From Eledone cirrhosa (Eukaryota): a stretch of DNA of 64,000 nt. Of this stretch, positions 27,190 to 42,025 are shown piece by piece. The stretch covers positions 30,566,001 to 30,630,000 of the forward strand of contig OZ024759.1 of the NCBI GenBank assembly GCA_964016885.1. Reading direction: 5' to 3'. The translations under genes and the position numbers were made by a program. The notes under the pieces are model-generated. The model was not told the origin of the DNA. It saw only the letters and a program-made list of their open reading frames with translations, and searched no databases. The stretch's first letter is position 1, and every line of letters starts with the position of its first letter.

Positions 27190-27392
27190 AGGTGCGTGGC
27201 CTAGTGGTAAATGTTTTGGACTTTAAATTATAATGTGGTGGGTTCGAAACCTGGACTAGGTTCTGTGTTGTGTCCTTGAGCGCTAGACCCTTCATCTCAC
27301 GTTGCTTCAGTAAACTCTGCGATGAATGGGTACCAGTCGTTGCTAGTGGTTTAGTTCTGCAATGGACTGGCGTCCAGTCCAGTGGGGTGTTT
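27190..27392 (+). mobile_element. tRNA-derived SINE with CORE-like and V-like segments (family S2)
   Basis: TGGCCTAGTGG, GGTTCGAAACC, TGTGTCCTTGAGC, ATGGACTGGCGTCCAGTCCAG; second head at 27396-27460. Confidence 0.7.
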
Positions 27393-27544
27393 ATCGTGGC
27401 CTAATAGTAAGGGTATTAGTCATACGAACTTAATATCGTGGGTTCGAAACCTGGACTAGATTGTTACTAGTTACGTACTGGGTCGATTTAATCGGCTTTC
27501 TCCTCCCAAAAATTGTTGGCTTTGTGCCAAAGTTAGAATTCATT

Positions 27545-27730
27545 GTGAATTGGCAGTATCGGTAGAGGGTCGGACGCCATGCTTTGAAGCAAAGAGTTAC
27601 GGACCTTTATGGACTGAGTTCAAATCCCGCCGCGGTTAACTTTGCCTTTCATCCTTACGAGGTCGATAAAATAAAGTACCAGTAATGTACTGGAAAAATT
27701 GCTGGCCTTGTGCCAAAAGTAAAACAATTA
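27545..27730 (+). mobile_element. SINE S1 copy (left member of tail-to-tail pair)
   Basis: Full head, central domain and tail. Confidence 0.9.
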
Positions 27731-27736
27731 TATAAT

Positions 27737-27924
27737 AATTGCTTCTACTTTTGGCACAAGGCCAGCAATTCCCAGTACATTACTGGTACTTTATTTTATC
27801 GACCCCGTAAGGATGAAAGGCAAAGTTAACCTCGGCGGGATTTGAACTCAGATCGTAAAGGGACGTAACTACGCTGGAAAGCATGGCGTCCGACCCTCTA
27901 CCGATACTGCCAATTCACCGCCTC
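27737..27924 (-). mobile_element. SINE S1 copy (right member of tail-to-tail pair)
   Basis: Full-length reverse complement beginning GAGGCGGTGAATTGGCAG. Confidence 0.9.
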
Positions 27925-28467
27925 AATTATATAATAATGTGACTGGTTGATTTCGTTCTCTATAGGCATGTGTACTCTTAAAGCAATTCTCAGGGAACTT
28001 CAGCGTGACACAATTACCTTTGAATTAGAAGTACAATGTAAGGAATGGCTTCCAAACTGCTTCCGTTTGATGCTTTGATACGGTTGGCCAAAGTAGTTAT
28101 TAAGTAAATGTCGATTATTACAATTACCAAATGGTTTCAGTGACATAAAAGGAATGACGAAGGGTTTTATACCTAAAATGACCCCCACTCTGAGGTACAA
28201 GTCCCGGGGCAACATGTGTTTACTCTCGCCCTTTGTCTGTCTCTCACACACATACACACACTCAGACACACACACACACGCTCTCACAAGCAATTCACTT
28301 CTTTATCTGTGTTGTACTCTCTCTGTCTCTCCCTTTCTCTTTCACACACACACACATACACACATGCACAAACACTCACAAACACACATACACCCAATCA
28401 ATTCACTTCTTTCTTTATCTGTTTTGCACTCTCTCCCTTTCATACACATAAACAAACACACACACAA

Positions 28468-28499
<32 letters not shown>

Positions 28500-28742
28500 A
28501 CAAATATTTTGGTTCTCTCTCCCTTTCTTTCACACACTCCTCTATATCTTTATCTCTCTCTCTTTCTCTCTATCTTTCTCTCTCAACAATACATCACTTT
28601 CTTATCTTCCTTTCACACACACATTCACTTACTCACTCTCTCTCAATCTCACATACACACTCTCTCCCTAGCTCTCTCTCTCTCTCTTTCTCTCCCTCTC
28701 TTTGTCTCTATCTATCTCTCTCTCTGTTGCTCTCTTTGTCTC

Positions 28743-28773
<31 letters not shown>

Positions 28774-28822
28774 CACCAATACATCACTTTCTTATCTTCC
28801 TTTCACACACACACATACACAC

Positions 28823-28875
<53 letters not shown>

Positions 28876-29149
28876 CTCACACACACACTCTCTCGCTAGC
28901 TCTCTCTCTCTATCTCCCCCCTCCCTCTTAAATACACTTCGCTTTCTTATCTTTCTTTCACACACACACACACTACACCTCAGACACATACCTCGCCACA
29001 TACTCACACATACAAACAGACACACACATACACACAAACACACACCCCACGACACATACATACACACTCTGATTCTCTCTAATGACAGTCAACATGTTAA
29101 ACATGTCATATCAAAAGCTCCAATCAGAACCATCATGGCTATCTAGATA

Positions 29150-29217
<68 letters not shown>

Positions 29218-29345
29218 CAGACAGACATATACACATATATATATATACAAACATATACATATATACATACAGACATATACATACAGACATATACGTATAT
29301 ATATATATATATATATACATACACATATACATACATATACATACA

Positions 29346-29408
<63 letters not shown>

Positions 29409-29486
29409 TACGTGTATGCATATATATATATATACATACATTTACTGATGGTAAATCTCATAGACACAAAATCACACAGACACGGA

Positions 29487-29528
<42 letters not shown>

Positions 29529-29559
29529 GTGTATACATATATGCATACGTATACATACA

Positions 29560-30710
29560 TGCACTAATGCTAACGTCCATAGACGCACATGCATACATAC
29601 AGACACACAAGCATACACACACACACACATGCATACATACAGACACACAAGCATACACACACACACACGAAAACAAGCATACATACAGACACACAAGCAT
29701 ACACACATACACACACGAATACATACACACACACAAGCATACACACACACACATGCATACATACAGGCACACAAGCATACACACACACACACAAGCATAC
29801 ATACAAACACACAAGCATACACACAGACACAAGCATACATACAAACACACAAGCATACACACAGACACACACGAATACATACACACACACAATCATACGT
29901 ACAGACGCACATGCATACATACACACACACGCATACATACACACACACAAGCATATATACACACACACAAGTATAGATACACAGTCACGCAAGAATACAT
30001 ACATACACAAGAATACATACAGACACACAAGAATACATACACACACACACAATCATACATACACACACAAGCATACATACACACACACAAGTATACATAC
30101 ACATACACACAAGAATACATACAGACAGATAATAATACATACAGACACAGAGACATACATATTTACACAGAGGTAAACTATGATAGACACACACACACAT
30201 ATATACATGCATATATAAATACATATATACATACACAGATAATTACACACACATATACATACAAAATATCACAGTGATACATATACACAGAAACAAACGG
30301 TGACACACACAAACACAAACACACATACGCAAATATAATTATAAACACACATACATAAACAGTCGCACACACGATCACACACATGCACACACACACACAT
30401 ACACTCATACACACACGCGCACACACTCTCACAAACATAATTATAAACACACATACATAAACAGTCGCGCACACATACACACACAGACACGCACAGATGA
30501 TGAAACACACACACACACTCTCAAAAACATAAATATGAATACACATACATAAACAGACGTACACACAATCACACACATGCACACACAAACTTCCAGATAC
30601 ACACACACAAACACACGCGCGCAAACACACACACACAATCCCACACACTGATACATAGACAGTCGCACACACAAACATCCAGACACAGACACAATCCCAC
30701 ATACAGATAC
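29560..30710. repeat. Cryptic CA-rich satellite
   Basis: Recurring CACAAGCATACA units embedded in (CA)n. Confidence 0.75.
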
Positions 30711-30995
30711 GTGAGTATAGTCCAGATGCTATATAGGGCATTCAATAATACAAAGGTCACATTTTATGATATGTAAATAATTCCAATTTTATTGCCGTAA
30801 ATAAATAATTACAGATATGCAGATCTGATTGGGGCGATGTTTAATATCTGTAGACATGGTGACATTTATAAGATTTTTGCTCGATCTTCTGCCGGGTGGC
30901 TTTTTGCCCTTAAAATCTGTCCAGTGTTTGAAATTCGTGTTCTTGTGGGCTCTTTCGGGCCCTGGATTCTTTCTTTTGAAGCATATATATATATA

Positions 30996-31089
<94 letters not shown>

Positions 31090-31093
<4 letters not shown>

Positions 31094-31289
31094 TTAATAT
31101 AGATGAGATTCTACACGACTAGAACTGTTTCATTCTTTAGAAATCATCAGGAATCTTGATTCCTGATGATTTCTAAAGAATGAAACAGTTCTAGTCCTGT
31201 AGAATCTCATCTATATTAAAACTTTTATACTCTGCTATGTATTGAGTACCTTACTTACTGTGGTTACCTCCGATTCAACCCGGAATAAC

Positions 31290-31290
<1 letters not shown>
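31090..31290 (+). mobile_element. Family C hairpin+tail element, 134-bp palindrome
   Basis: 31090-31223 centred on GAATC-TT-GATTC, one arm mismatch; tail to 31290; (TA)n on both sides. Confidence 0.9.
31158..31206 (+). ncRNA. Complete type I hammerhead ribozyme
   Basis: GATTC-CTGATGA-T-TTC-TAAA-GAA-T-GAA-ACAG-TTCTAGTC-CTGT-A-GAATC; all three stems pair, GUA site at 31199-31201. Confidence 0.85.
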
Positions 31291-31361
<71 letters not shown>

Positions 31362-31437
31362 TAGTATAGTTACACTGTAGGCATCTCTATTTTATTATAG
31401 ACGTGACATCTATAGGACTAAAACTATTTTATTTGTA

Positions 31438-31482
<45 letters not shown>

Positions 31483-31492
31483 TATATAAATA

Positions 31493-31650
31493 CGAAAAGA
31501 TCCGACGGCTGAGCTCCGGCCGTTTCGACAGCTTGATCCGGAGTTCAGCCGTCGGGGTCCCGACTCCTTTCATATTACCCACTCTACTACCCTAAGTATT
31601 GACTACTCTAGTGCGTTATGGTCCACCTGGTATCTTACCACCTCCACTTT
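31493..31650 (+). mobile_element. Family A diverged copy
   Basis: CCGACGGCTGAGCTCCGG...CCGGAGTTCAGCCGTCGG hairpin plus tail TACCCACTCTACTACCCTAAGTATTGA. Confidence 0.8.
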
Positions 31651-31768
31651 TATATACACACACACAGACATATATATAGATATATATATATTCCCCCTTC
31701 CCCCCTTTTAATATATTTCCACCACTCCCCCTCACACCCTCGAGACTTTTTTCCTGCCCACTTTTCTG

Positions 31769-31796
31769 CTGATGAAGGGCTTATGCCCGAAACGTC
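31769..31796 (+). ncRNA. Minimal hammerhead core (stem I degenerate)
   Basis: CTGATGA-A-GGGC-TTAT-GCCC-GAA-ACGT-C. Confidence 0.7.
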
Positions 31797-31880
31797 GTCT
31801 TCCACCCCCTACTCTCAAGCGTGAACCTAATCCTAAAATTTAGTACTGCACCCTTCGCTTTGTTTTTGTTTGCTGTTTGA

Positions 31881-31994
<114 letters not shown>

Positions 31995-32957
31995 CAGAGA
32001 AAGATAGAAAGATTGGTATATAGATAGACAGATGCTAATCAATATAGAAATAAGTTTAAGATAAATCGCAGTAGAGGAATTTAGGCTTTTCACATGTTTA
32101 CATTTCTGTTTATTACTGTGCATACACTGGTATGAATTTCATCTAATATAGTTTCTATATATTATATTTGTACGTGCTTATATCAGTGAGCATATGGAGT
32201 CGTGTGTGGTTTATCACTTCTCTATGTTTACGTTTGTATTTCATAGAATTTATCTTATGTTAGAAACATATCTTATGTTAATTTCAAACTATTTTGTGTA
32301 GCATGTGTGTACTTGTTAATGGTTCTCCGTCGATGCCGATGATGACAACAATTGTTCTCGGTATGGTGAACTAACTGTTGTGTTACCACTTCTACCTAAC
32401 TTGTCCCACGGACTGAGTGCTCTACCACTACGGATATTACCTTCCAGTGTTCTACCACTATATATATATATATATTTGTGTGTGTGTTTGTGTGTTGGCT
32501 GTTAATAATAAAATTAAGTGTTTCTGTATGTATTGTGTTAGATGCGTGTTTGTTTGTGTATATGTATGTGTTTCCAAATGTGTGTATATGTGTGTGTTTA
32601 TGAATGTTTGTGTGTCTCTGTGTTTATGTGTGTGTGGTTTGTGTGTGTGTGTATGTTTATGAATGTGTTTATGTGTGTGTGCCCTTGAGTTTATGAGTGT
32701 GTTTGTGTGTCTGTGATTATGGCTACCTTTATATGTGTGTTTATTACTGTGTTTATGTGTGTGTCTGTGTGTATGTGTGTGTGTGTTTACTGTTATCACA
32801 ACAGAACACTTGAAACAGATATCAACTGTGTACGACTTCAACTTACTATAATCTTATATAATGTAATGGTAAATATTGTTGTCTTGTTCAAGCTCTTCTT
32901 AATACAATATCCATGCTTATTCATAATAACATTAAAACTAGGTAATGCTAGGTAATT

Positions 32958-33014
32958 CGTTAAAGGGAAAGACGATGAATCTTTGTGAGATTACATTTGG
33001 TCATAAATGTGTAT

Positions 33015-33092
<78 letters not shown>

Positions 33093-33154
33093 ATATATAT
33101 ATAACACTATATATATATATCTTTATATATATACATATATATATATATATAACA

Positions 33155-33218
<64 letters not shown>

Positions 33219-33221
33219 CAG

Positions 33222-33270
<49 letters not shown>

Positions 33271-33282
33271 CTATATATATAT

Positions 33283-33348
<66 letters not shown>

Positions 33349-33560
33349 CATTATCCATCTATATAAATATATATAAATACGTATATATCTTTATCATATA
33401 TAGAAATGATTTCTGCAGGACTATACGAGTATTGAGTACTTTTTGAAACTGTTTTCAAATGGTTACTTTCACCTAAAATTCTTCCATTATAATTTTATTT
33501 GGGGACAATCATTAAGTTATGTTCCAAATACCAGTTTAATAATGTCAACATTATTTCTTC
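32958..33560. repeat. Local duplication, copy 1 (paralogous to 40821-41095)
   Basis: CGTTAAAGGGAAAGACGATGAATCTTTGTGAGATTACATTTG and ~180 bp downstream shared; internal (TA)n expanded here. Confidence 0.85.
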
Positions 33561-33736
33561 TTCTTTTCCACCATTTTGGATAATTATATCTGTTCCATTT
33601 TGGACTTTCGAGGTTGCTTGTTGTCACCCATCCACCACCAGCTTCTCTTCTTTATCATCACCATCGTCATCATCATCATCATCATCATCACCATCATCAC
33701 CATCATCACCACCATGTTCATTGTCATTACCATCAT

Positions 33737-33773
<37 letters not shown>

Positions 33774-34143
33774 GTCGACATCAGGTTCCTCCACCTCCGC
33801 ATCGTCATCAGCATCATTACCATCACCATCAACACCACCCTTGAATTCCTCCTCCCCACCCCCTCCACCTCCCGCTGATCCTCCTCCTCCATCATAAGCA
33901 TGATGGGAAGTGTAATTTACGTTAGTAAGAGAGACTGCAGCAGTTGATATTTGAAGGAGATGTTTGTTCAGTATGGTTTCGTGCAGCGCAGTCGAACAGC
34001 GGCATCTTCTGACATGATGAAGATTGTCGCCTATGTTTTGTGACATACATCATAATTAATGGACATGGTCACTTCAGTTGTCATGACCTGTGTAGCCATT
34101 CACGACAGAGAACAGAAAATTATATTTCGCAAATATACAGACA

Positions 34144-34274
<131 letters not shown>

Positions 34275-34707
34275 ATGTGTGTGTGTGTGTGTGTATGTCT
34301 GTACGCTAATACGTTTAAAAATTGTTCCAAACCAAACGAAGCAATACTGGAAAGCGCTAAGTAAGACAAATATTTTTTTTTCTTTTATTTGTGACATAGT
34401 TATATCCTGTTGTGTAGGAAATGGAGACCTTGCTGAGAAAAGTAGAGAAGAAAATGGCTGAATTCAAGATGATTAGTGATTTAGTATTCATTAAGTCCAG
34501 CAAAATGAATAGCAGCTCATTAAGAACGCAATGGATGCTTTTACATCAGGAATACCTAAGCACTGAAGCTAGTTGAAACAGAATGATTATATGAGAGAGA
34601 CGTTGAGAAGTAAAGTGAAAAGAAGACATTACTTCCGCGTTGTCATGGATTTAGGTATATAGTGTTGAGGTTAGTGGCGTTGTTCTCACGAGCGCCATAA
34701 CAAACCT

Positions 34708-35000
34708 AGGGAGTTCGACTCCCAGACTACGTAGTGTTCTGTGTCATTCATTGAGTTATATATTATTTTAGGTTGCACCAGTACACTATTCTGAAAGTTA
34801 AACTAGGAAAAACAGCAACAGTAACAACAACTAGAAAATAAGGCGTGAGTTCGACTCCCAGACCAGGTAGTACTCTGTAATTCATTGAGCAGCAGATTAT
34901 TTTACGTTGCACCAGTACACTAAACTGAAAGAAAAATAAAACACTGAATAACAGCAACACCAAATAAGCCTGTGAGTTCGACTCCCTTACCAGGTCATAG
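34708..35000 (+). repeat. Tandem ~130-bp triplication of a SINE B-box region
   Basis: GAGTTCGACTCCC near 34710, 34847 and 34974; GTTGCACCAGTACACTA twice. Confidence 0.7.
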
Positions 35001-35223
35001 TTTGTGTCATATTGATTTCTTTCGTTATACAGTTGCCTAGTGACCATGAATAATTAACCCTGGAGTAATCATTCCTTTTACATTACGATTTAGATTGGGT
35101 AGTTATTAAAAACCTCGCATGGAGTTTATTTTTGACATGTTGAAGCGCAAATATCGAAAATGAGATTGGTTTTTGATTTTTGTTTTCGTTTCGTATTTTC
35201 TTTGTTTTCAGTAATGTAGGTGA

Positions 35224-35550
35224 AGGCACTCCGTCGGTTACGACGACGAATGTTCCTGTTGATCTAATCAATGGAACAGCCTGTTCGTGAAATTATCGTG
35301 GAAGTGGTTGAAAATTCCACTGACATGTGTACCCTTAAGGTAGTTGGTTCTCAGGGAGATTCAACGTGACACAGAATATGACAAGGCTAGCCCTTCGAAT
35401 TATAGGTACAACTAATATTTGACAGCTGTGTGGACTGGAGCCACGGGAAATAAAGTGTCTTGCTGAAGGAAACAACACGCTGCCGGGTATCGAACTCATG
35501 ATGTTACGATTGTGAGCCGAATACCCTAATTACAAACTCACGCGCCTTTA
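35224..35550 (-). mobile_element. Full-length tRNA-derived CORE-like SINE (family S3)
   Basis: Minus strand GGCGCGTG head, GAGTTCGATACCC, CCTTCAGCAAGACACTT, tail GTCGTCGTAACCGACGGAGTGCC; fragment also near 27965-28040. Confidence 0.8.
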
Positions 35551-35554
35551 CACG

Positions 35555-35740
35555 GTGTGTAAAAAAATGAGTACCAGCAAAAGCTGTAAAAATATGAATA
35601 GCAGTAATTGCTGGAGGTTTAACCCTGTAATGGACTGGCATCCTGTTCAGTGGGGAGTCTGTTACTATCAGTTGCGTCACGCCACGGAAACTGGGATAGA
35701 CATCAGCCTAATGAGCCTCCGGTCTCGAAATAGACTTTAG
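35555..35740 (+). mobile_element. 3' half of S2-type SINE
   Basis: AAATGAGTACC...AACCCTGTAATGGACTGGCATCCTGTTCAGTGGGG...CACGGAAACTGG. Confidence 0.65.
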
Positions 35741-36590
35741 ACTTTTTCGACGTCTTTAAATCATATATCCAGAGGGCTTCCATGCATTTTCAGGTACCCT
35801 CAGTTTCAAAAATTTCCCCCATTCTCACTCCCGGGGAAACGCCTTCTCCATTCTGTCCGCCCGGGCTGTGGGGAGGCCATCAATATGATTCACTGACTTG
35901 TCATTTTATCAGTCAACACGGAAATTCAGCAGTTGTTTCGATGGATTTTCTGATATCATTCTAAACGAATATTGTCAGAAATTGGTTTTCCCTACCTGTT
36001 AGTTTGTCTGCTATCCCACTACATCTCTCGTGTACCCAAGATCTGCATTATGTTGCGTACATTTTATATAATTTAAGACTTTGGTGCATCTATGATACAG
36101 GCATTTGTGTGGGACAGAAACCGCTAAATTCATAAGTTTGCAGCAAACGTCCTTGCATCTATTAGACGCCTACTCCACTTGCTTTCGCCTAGAATTTCTC
36201 CTCTAGGATTGTGTCATGTCAATAGAAACCACCAGACCTCCCACTAATGTCAAATTAAGATTAATGGAGATGTTAGATAAAGAAAATCTTTAGAATCTGA
36301 TGGAAAACAGGAAATTCGCAGGACTTACCATCGGAAATGTATAATTCTCATTACTATTCTGTTGACATGCTGCCAAATTTGGTGTCTGCTGAGAAAAAAT
36401 TCAATATTGGCTTTTAGCGTTCAATCAACATTATTTTCATGATAGCTTCCCGCCTAGCAGAAACTGTGTCCAAATAAATAAATAACAATAAAAAACAAAT
36501 AGAGAAAGGAAAGTTGAATAAATAAAAATAATATAAATAAAATAAAAAAAATATATATGAATAAATGTAATAATAAATTGATATAATAAA

Positions 36591-36669
<79 letters not shown>

Positions 36670-36718
36670 CACATATATATGTATGTATATATGTATTATA
36701 TATATATATCTCGTATAT

Positions 36719-36866
<148 letters not shown>

Positions 36867-37306
36867 TGCTGTGTGTGTGTGCATTTGTCATTTATCCATA
36901 TGTATATATGGATTTTTAATTATCTATTATGAGACGAATGCCGACCTACGTAAATTTACGTTTGTGAAGTTGGTCGAATTTCTAAGTGGTTTAACTCATA
37001 TTTCAAATCATGACTGTCCACGTAGCTTGTACTGTGCCTGACATTCATGGAATCCTTTTCATTTACATAGAATAACAACAATTGAATGCCGTCTAAAATT
37101 TCAAATTCCGAAAGACAAGGAAATAACTGAAGAGCTACGATTTGTCATTGGTAATTAAATCATGACAATAGTCCTTAACAATGTATTTTAAATATGTAGG
37201 ATATGACACCTTTTAAAGCGAGGTGAGCAATTTTCTAGTCTTGGCCTACTTTATATTTCAAAAAGGTGTTATTATACTCTATTTACGTATATTGACGTAA
37301 ATACTA

Positions 37307-37590
37307 TATGTAGGTCGGCTGAAATGTTCATAAGTTGACCAAGATACCCTCATGGACTGAACAAGTGAAGTTTATTGTTCAGCATAGACCCCGGAAAGAA
37401 ACAATGCAGTTATCAATAAGAGTTGAAAGATATTGAAATATTCATAGGTTGACCAAGATACTTTCATGGAATGACCAAATGAGGTTTATTTTTCAACATA
37501 GTCCCTGGAAAGAAACAATGCAGTTATTAAGAAGAGTTGAAATAGATTGAAACGTTCATAAGCTGACCAAGACACTCTCATGGAATGTCC
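37307..37590 (+). mobile_element. Tandemly amplified mariner-like terminal sequence (~120-bp unit, ~2.3 copies)
   Basis: TATGTAGGTCGGCTGAAATGTTCATAAGTTGACCAAGATAC; TTCATA.G.TGACCAAGA recurs near 37327, 37441 and 37555. Confidence 0.6.
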
Positions 37591-37594
37591 GAAG

Positions 37595-37991
37595 CAATAC
37601 GATCGCAAATACAAGCGGCCTAAATGGTGTTCCTCCGATAGGTCTTTGGTCTTTGGAGTAACGTTACTCGATAAAGTGCGTAGAACGGAGATCAGAAAGT
37701 CGTTCCAGGCAGAGCCGCTGCTTCTCCGAATTGAGAGATCACAGCTCTGTTACTGTGGGCATGTGGTTAGAATGTCACAGGAAAGAATTGCTGGACAGGT
37801 TTTACAGTCAAAACCAACCGAAGAAGAAGAAGAAGAAGAAGAAGAAGAAGAAGAAGAAGAAGAAGAAGAAGAAGAAGAAGAAGAAGAAGAAGAAGAAGAA
37901 GAAGAAGAAGAAGAAGAAGGAGGAGGAGGAGGAGGAAGAGGAGGAGAAGAAGAAGAAGGAGAAGAAGAAGAAGAAGAAGAAGAAGAAGAAG
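37595..37991 (+). mobile_element. RTE LINE fragment running into (GAA)n
   Basis: VFGVTLLDKVRRTEIRKSFQAEPLLLRIERSQLCYCGHVVRMSQERIAGQVLQSKPT then (GAA)n 37821-37991. Confidence 0.85.
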
Positions 37992-38205
37992 ACATTGTAA
38001 AACTTTGTAGAAGAAATTGAGATATCTTGCCTACAATAAGTCTTAAGCTTCTTATATCTCATGACATCTTTGTTAGAGTTAACATTTTATAATTTTATAT
38101 GGGTCTAGCAGAAGGAATTGTGGCCATATTAATTGCTATGTCTCCAAGAATGGTGACACCAATGTATTTGATGTTCTTAATCTTATACTGTCTTTTGTTT
38201 TTCAG

Positions 38206-38259
38206 TAAATTTGACACAGGCAGAATATTGAAGTAGCAAGAGAGAGGACATTAGCGCAG
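38206..38259 (+). other. Candidate 54-nt exon (non-coding or alternative acceptor)
   Basis: CTTTTGTTTTTCAG| ... CAG|GTAAGA; stops in all frames unless an internal AG is used. Confidence 0.3.
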
Positions 38260-38378
38260 GTAAGATTGCCAGTTTAATCGTCTTTTGTAAAATGTTTACA
38301 CACCCACACACAAACAGACACAGCCAAACACACACACATATACATACATATATATATATACACACATACACACCCACA

Positions 38379-38445
<67 letters not shown>

Positions 38446-38483
38446 GTAAACAGACACAGCCAAACACACACACATATACATAC

Positions 38484-38569
<86 letters not shown>

Positions 38570-38607
38570 GTAAACAGACACAGCCAAACACACACACATA
38601 TACATAC

Positions 38608-38694
<87 letters not shown>

Positions 38695-38841
38695 TATATA
38701 TAATAGTAAAAAATAAAAAAATAATAGAAAATGCTAAACGGATTTTCTCTGAGAATAACATCAAAACATTTGTTTACATTCACAACATAGGAATTTCCGC
38801 ATTATCCGTACCGGCTTCAGCTTGTCGCATATATATGTTTA

Positions 38842-39114
<273 letters not shown>

Positions 39115-39182
39115 TGTGTGTGTCTGTGTGTGTAAAAGGTATACAGAAATAACAACACAATTGGTACAGTATATGGAAGCGA

Positions 39183-39252
39183 TATATTAGGTCAACGCTT
39201 CATATAGCAGGAAGAGGGTCTTAACGTTTCGGAGGTTAGTCCTTCATCAGAT
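39183..39252 (-). ncRNA. Family F minimal hammerhead and downstream flank
   Basis: Minus strand CTGATGA-A-GGA-CTAACC-TCC-GAA-ACGT-T-AAGACC...GAAGCGTTGACCTAATATAT. Confidence 0.7.
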
Positions 39253-40010
39253 AGATAGATATAAGACACAGATTTGGATCATCAGCAAAGGAGGAAATTT
39301 TGTGAATATTTAATCTATATAATTATTTAAACTCCATGTATCATTTGAAGCTCCTGAGTATATATATAAGTATTATTTTAAATAAATATCTATATTCAAG
39401 GTTAAATAAAAGGATATGGAGGCCACTACGACAATTTACACATCGGGTTAATAATTACAAAGTGAGTTATTTTATTAAATCCCACCAAATGCTTCAGTAG
39501 TTTCATAATTTATTGAAAAATTGTAGTCGGTGGTGTAATTCATGTGAGATATGTCACGAAGACATGTTAGGATTAATAAACATTAGCGAAAAAATGTAAG
39601 AAAATAAGGAAACCTTTTTAATTTTTTCAGATTTCTAGTGAAAGTAATTTCCATTCACTTAGATTTGAAAAGTGACGAAAGAAATCGCCTGAAACTCAAT
39701 ATATTTCTCGATATTCAAACACAAAGTATTTGAGATGAGATGAACCAAAAGTAATCATAGAGCTACTGCAGTTTCAGTTCATACAAAAAAAAAGATTAAT
39801 TTTACTGATATGGCTGTTGCAGCTTCTGGGTTATTTTAGGCTGTTAATGTTCCTGTTCTTTTCGTTGTTGTTGTTGTTATTGTTGTTGTTGTTCTTCAAC
39901 TATCAATATGTTACATCTGACAGATTTTTCGTTATGGGTCGACTCTTTTTATTTTAAAGTTTTAGATCTTAATCGATTCCCTAAAGAACTTTTATTTCCG
40001 CATGAAAGAG

Positions 40011-40092
<82 letters not shown>

Positions 40093-40099
40093 ATATATA

Positions 40100-40136
<37 letters not shown>

Positions 40137-40169
40137 ATATATATATGTATATATATATGTATATATATA

Positions 40170-40214
<45 letters not shown>

Positions 40215-40786
40215 GTATATATATATTTATATGTATATATATATGTTTGTATGTATATATATGTGTGTGTGAGTGTGTGTGTGTATGTAGGAAAATGTTC
40301 AAAGAGGAATTAAAATTAATGACGTTAGTTCTGACACAGGTGTGTAGTTGTCGTTTTGGGCTTTATTTCTTTCAATGCTATGTAATTATATTTCGTCAAA
40401 TTCTATATTTTTCATTTTAATTTCGAAAATAATGCAATAAAGTGTATAACTGAAAGATTGGAAAGACGAAATAAGTATAAAATGTTTAAAACGTAAAACA
40501 TGTAAAGCTTACAACGTGAATGTAATCATGAATAACTTGAGCACCAAATAAATGAAGTTGGCAGAAATAAAAAGCAAAATGGCGCATAATTTATTTGATT
40601 TCAGAGAAAGTTTTACGTTATCGTCTGTTAAGAAAAATGTAATGAATGCAATGATTGAGCGTTGACAGACATTTATAACATAAAATACTTTATTGTATTT
40701 ATTGTTAAATATAAGCGTGGAAATAGATGAAAATGAGAGACAATTTTGGGGCACAAGTATTCAAGTACATATATATATATGTATGT

Positions 40787-40819
<33 letters not shown>

Positions 40820-40820
40820 A

Positions 40821-41095
40821 CGTTAAAGGGAAAGACGATGAATCTTTGTGAGATTACATTTGTTCATATATATATATGACACATATAATATATAATACAC
40901 ACATATAAATATATATAAATATATATATTACTTTATCATTTATAGAAACGAATTCTGCAGGATATTGAATATCTTTTGTAACTGTTTTCAAATGATTACT
41001 TTCACCTGAAATCCTCCCATTGTAATTTTATTTGTAGACATTCATTAAGTTATGTTCCAAATTCCAGTTTAATAATGGCAAAATTATTTATTTTT
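40821..41095. repeat. Local duplication, copy 2
   Basis: Direct repeat of 32958-33560. Confidence 0.85.
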
Positions 41096-41096
41096 C

Positions 41097-41562
41097 TTCG
41101 CCCATTTATTACTGAGAAGATCGTATAGGCAGAGTCCTCAAACGTTCCTTCCAGCGGGCCATGTCAGAAGCATCCAACCATCTCCCACTGATCGGGCTGG
41201 ATTCGCCAAGCGAGACCAGCCATGCTCGCAGTCTACGTCTGCATCTTCTGCCGGTTGGTTTTGCGTGTAAAATCTGTCCAGCGATTCTTTCCTGAGATAT
41301 TCTAACTACATGCCCATAGTATCAGAGCTGTTATCTATCAATTCGGAGAAGTAGCCGCTCTACCTAGAGCAACTCTCCAGTGATTCTTTCCTGAGATATT
41401 CTAACCACATGCCCATAGTATCGGAGCAGTGATCTCTCAATTCTGAGAAGTAGTAACTTTAACTGATGTGACTCTCTAATTACCGGGCTACAGATCTCTC
41501 CAAAATTCGTTCTTGTGACATTCTAACCACATATCGATAGTATCGGAGCTGTGATCTCTCAT
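41097..41562 (-). mobile_element. RTE LINE 3' fragment with internal triplication
   Basis: TTCTAACCACATGCCCATAGTATC-like unit near 41300, 41399 and 41521; RTE terminus at 41097-41140. Confidence 0.8.
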
Positions 41563-41906
41563 GTTGACCCGGCCATGTAACAGGTATGATTATGATTATA
41601 CCGTCAGTTTAATAGAAATCATACACCATTTTCCATTCCATGGAGAATTTATATTCAGGTCTTTTAATCCTCATAATTTTGATGGAAATTAATCGATATG
41701 TAATCATTATTTTTGTTTATATCGCTATTGACGTTCTCGTTAAAGAAACGTGCTTACAATAATAAATGTTTTGATCAAAACAAAGTGTTTGGTCACTCAG
41801 TGAAAACTTAAACATATATATATATATAATGTGTATAATATGTATATATACATACATATCTATTCATAGATATGCGTTTATATATATTAAAATAACAGAT
41901 TCTTTG

Positions 41907-41951
<45 letters not shown>

Positions 41952-41985
41952 TATAATATATGTATAAAATATATTCATAGATATG

Positions 41986-42025
<40 letters not shown>

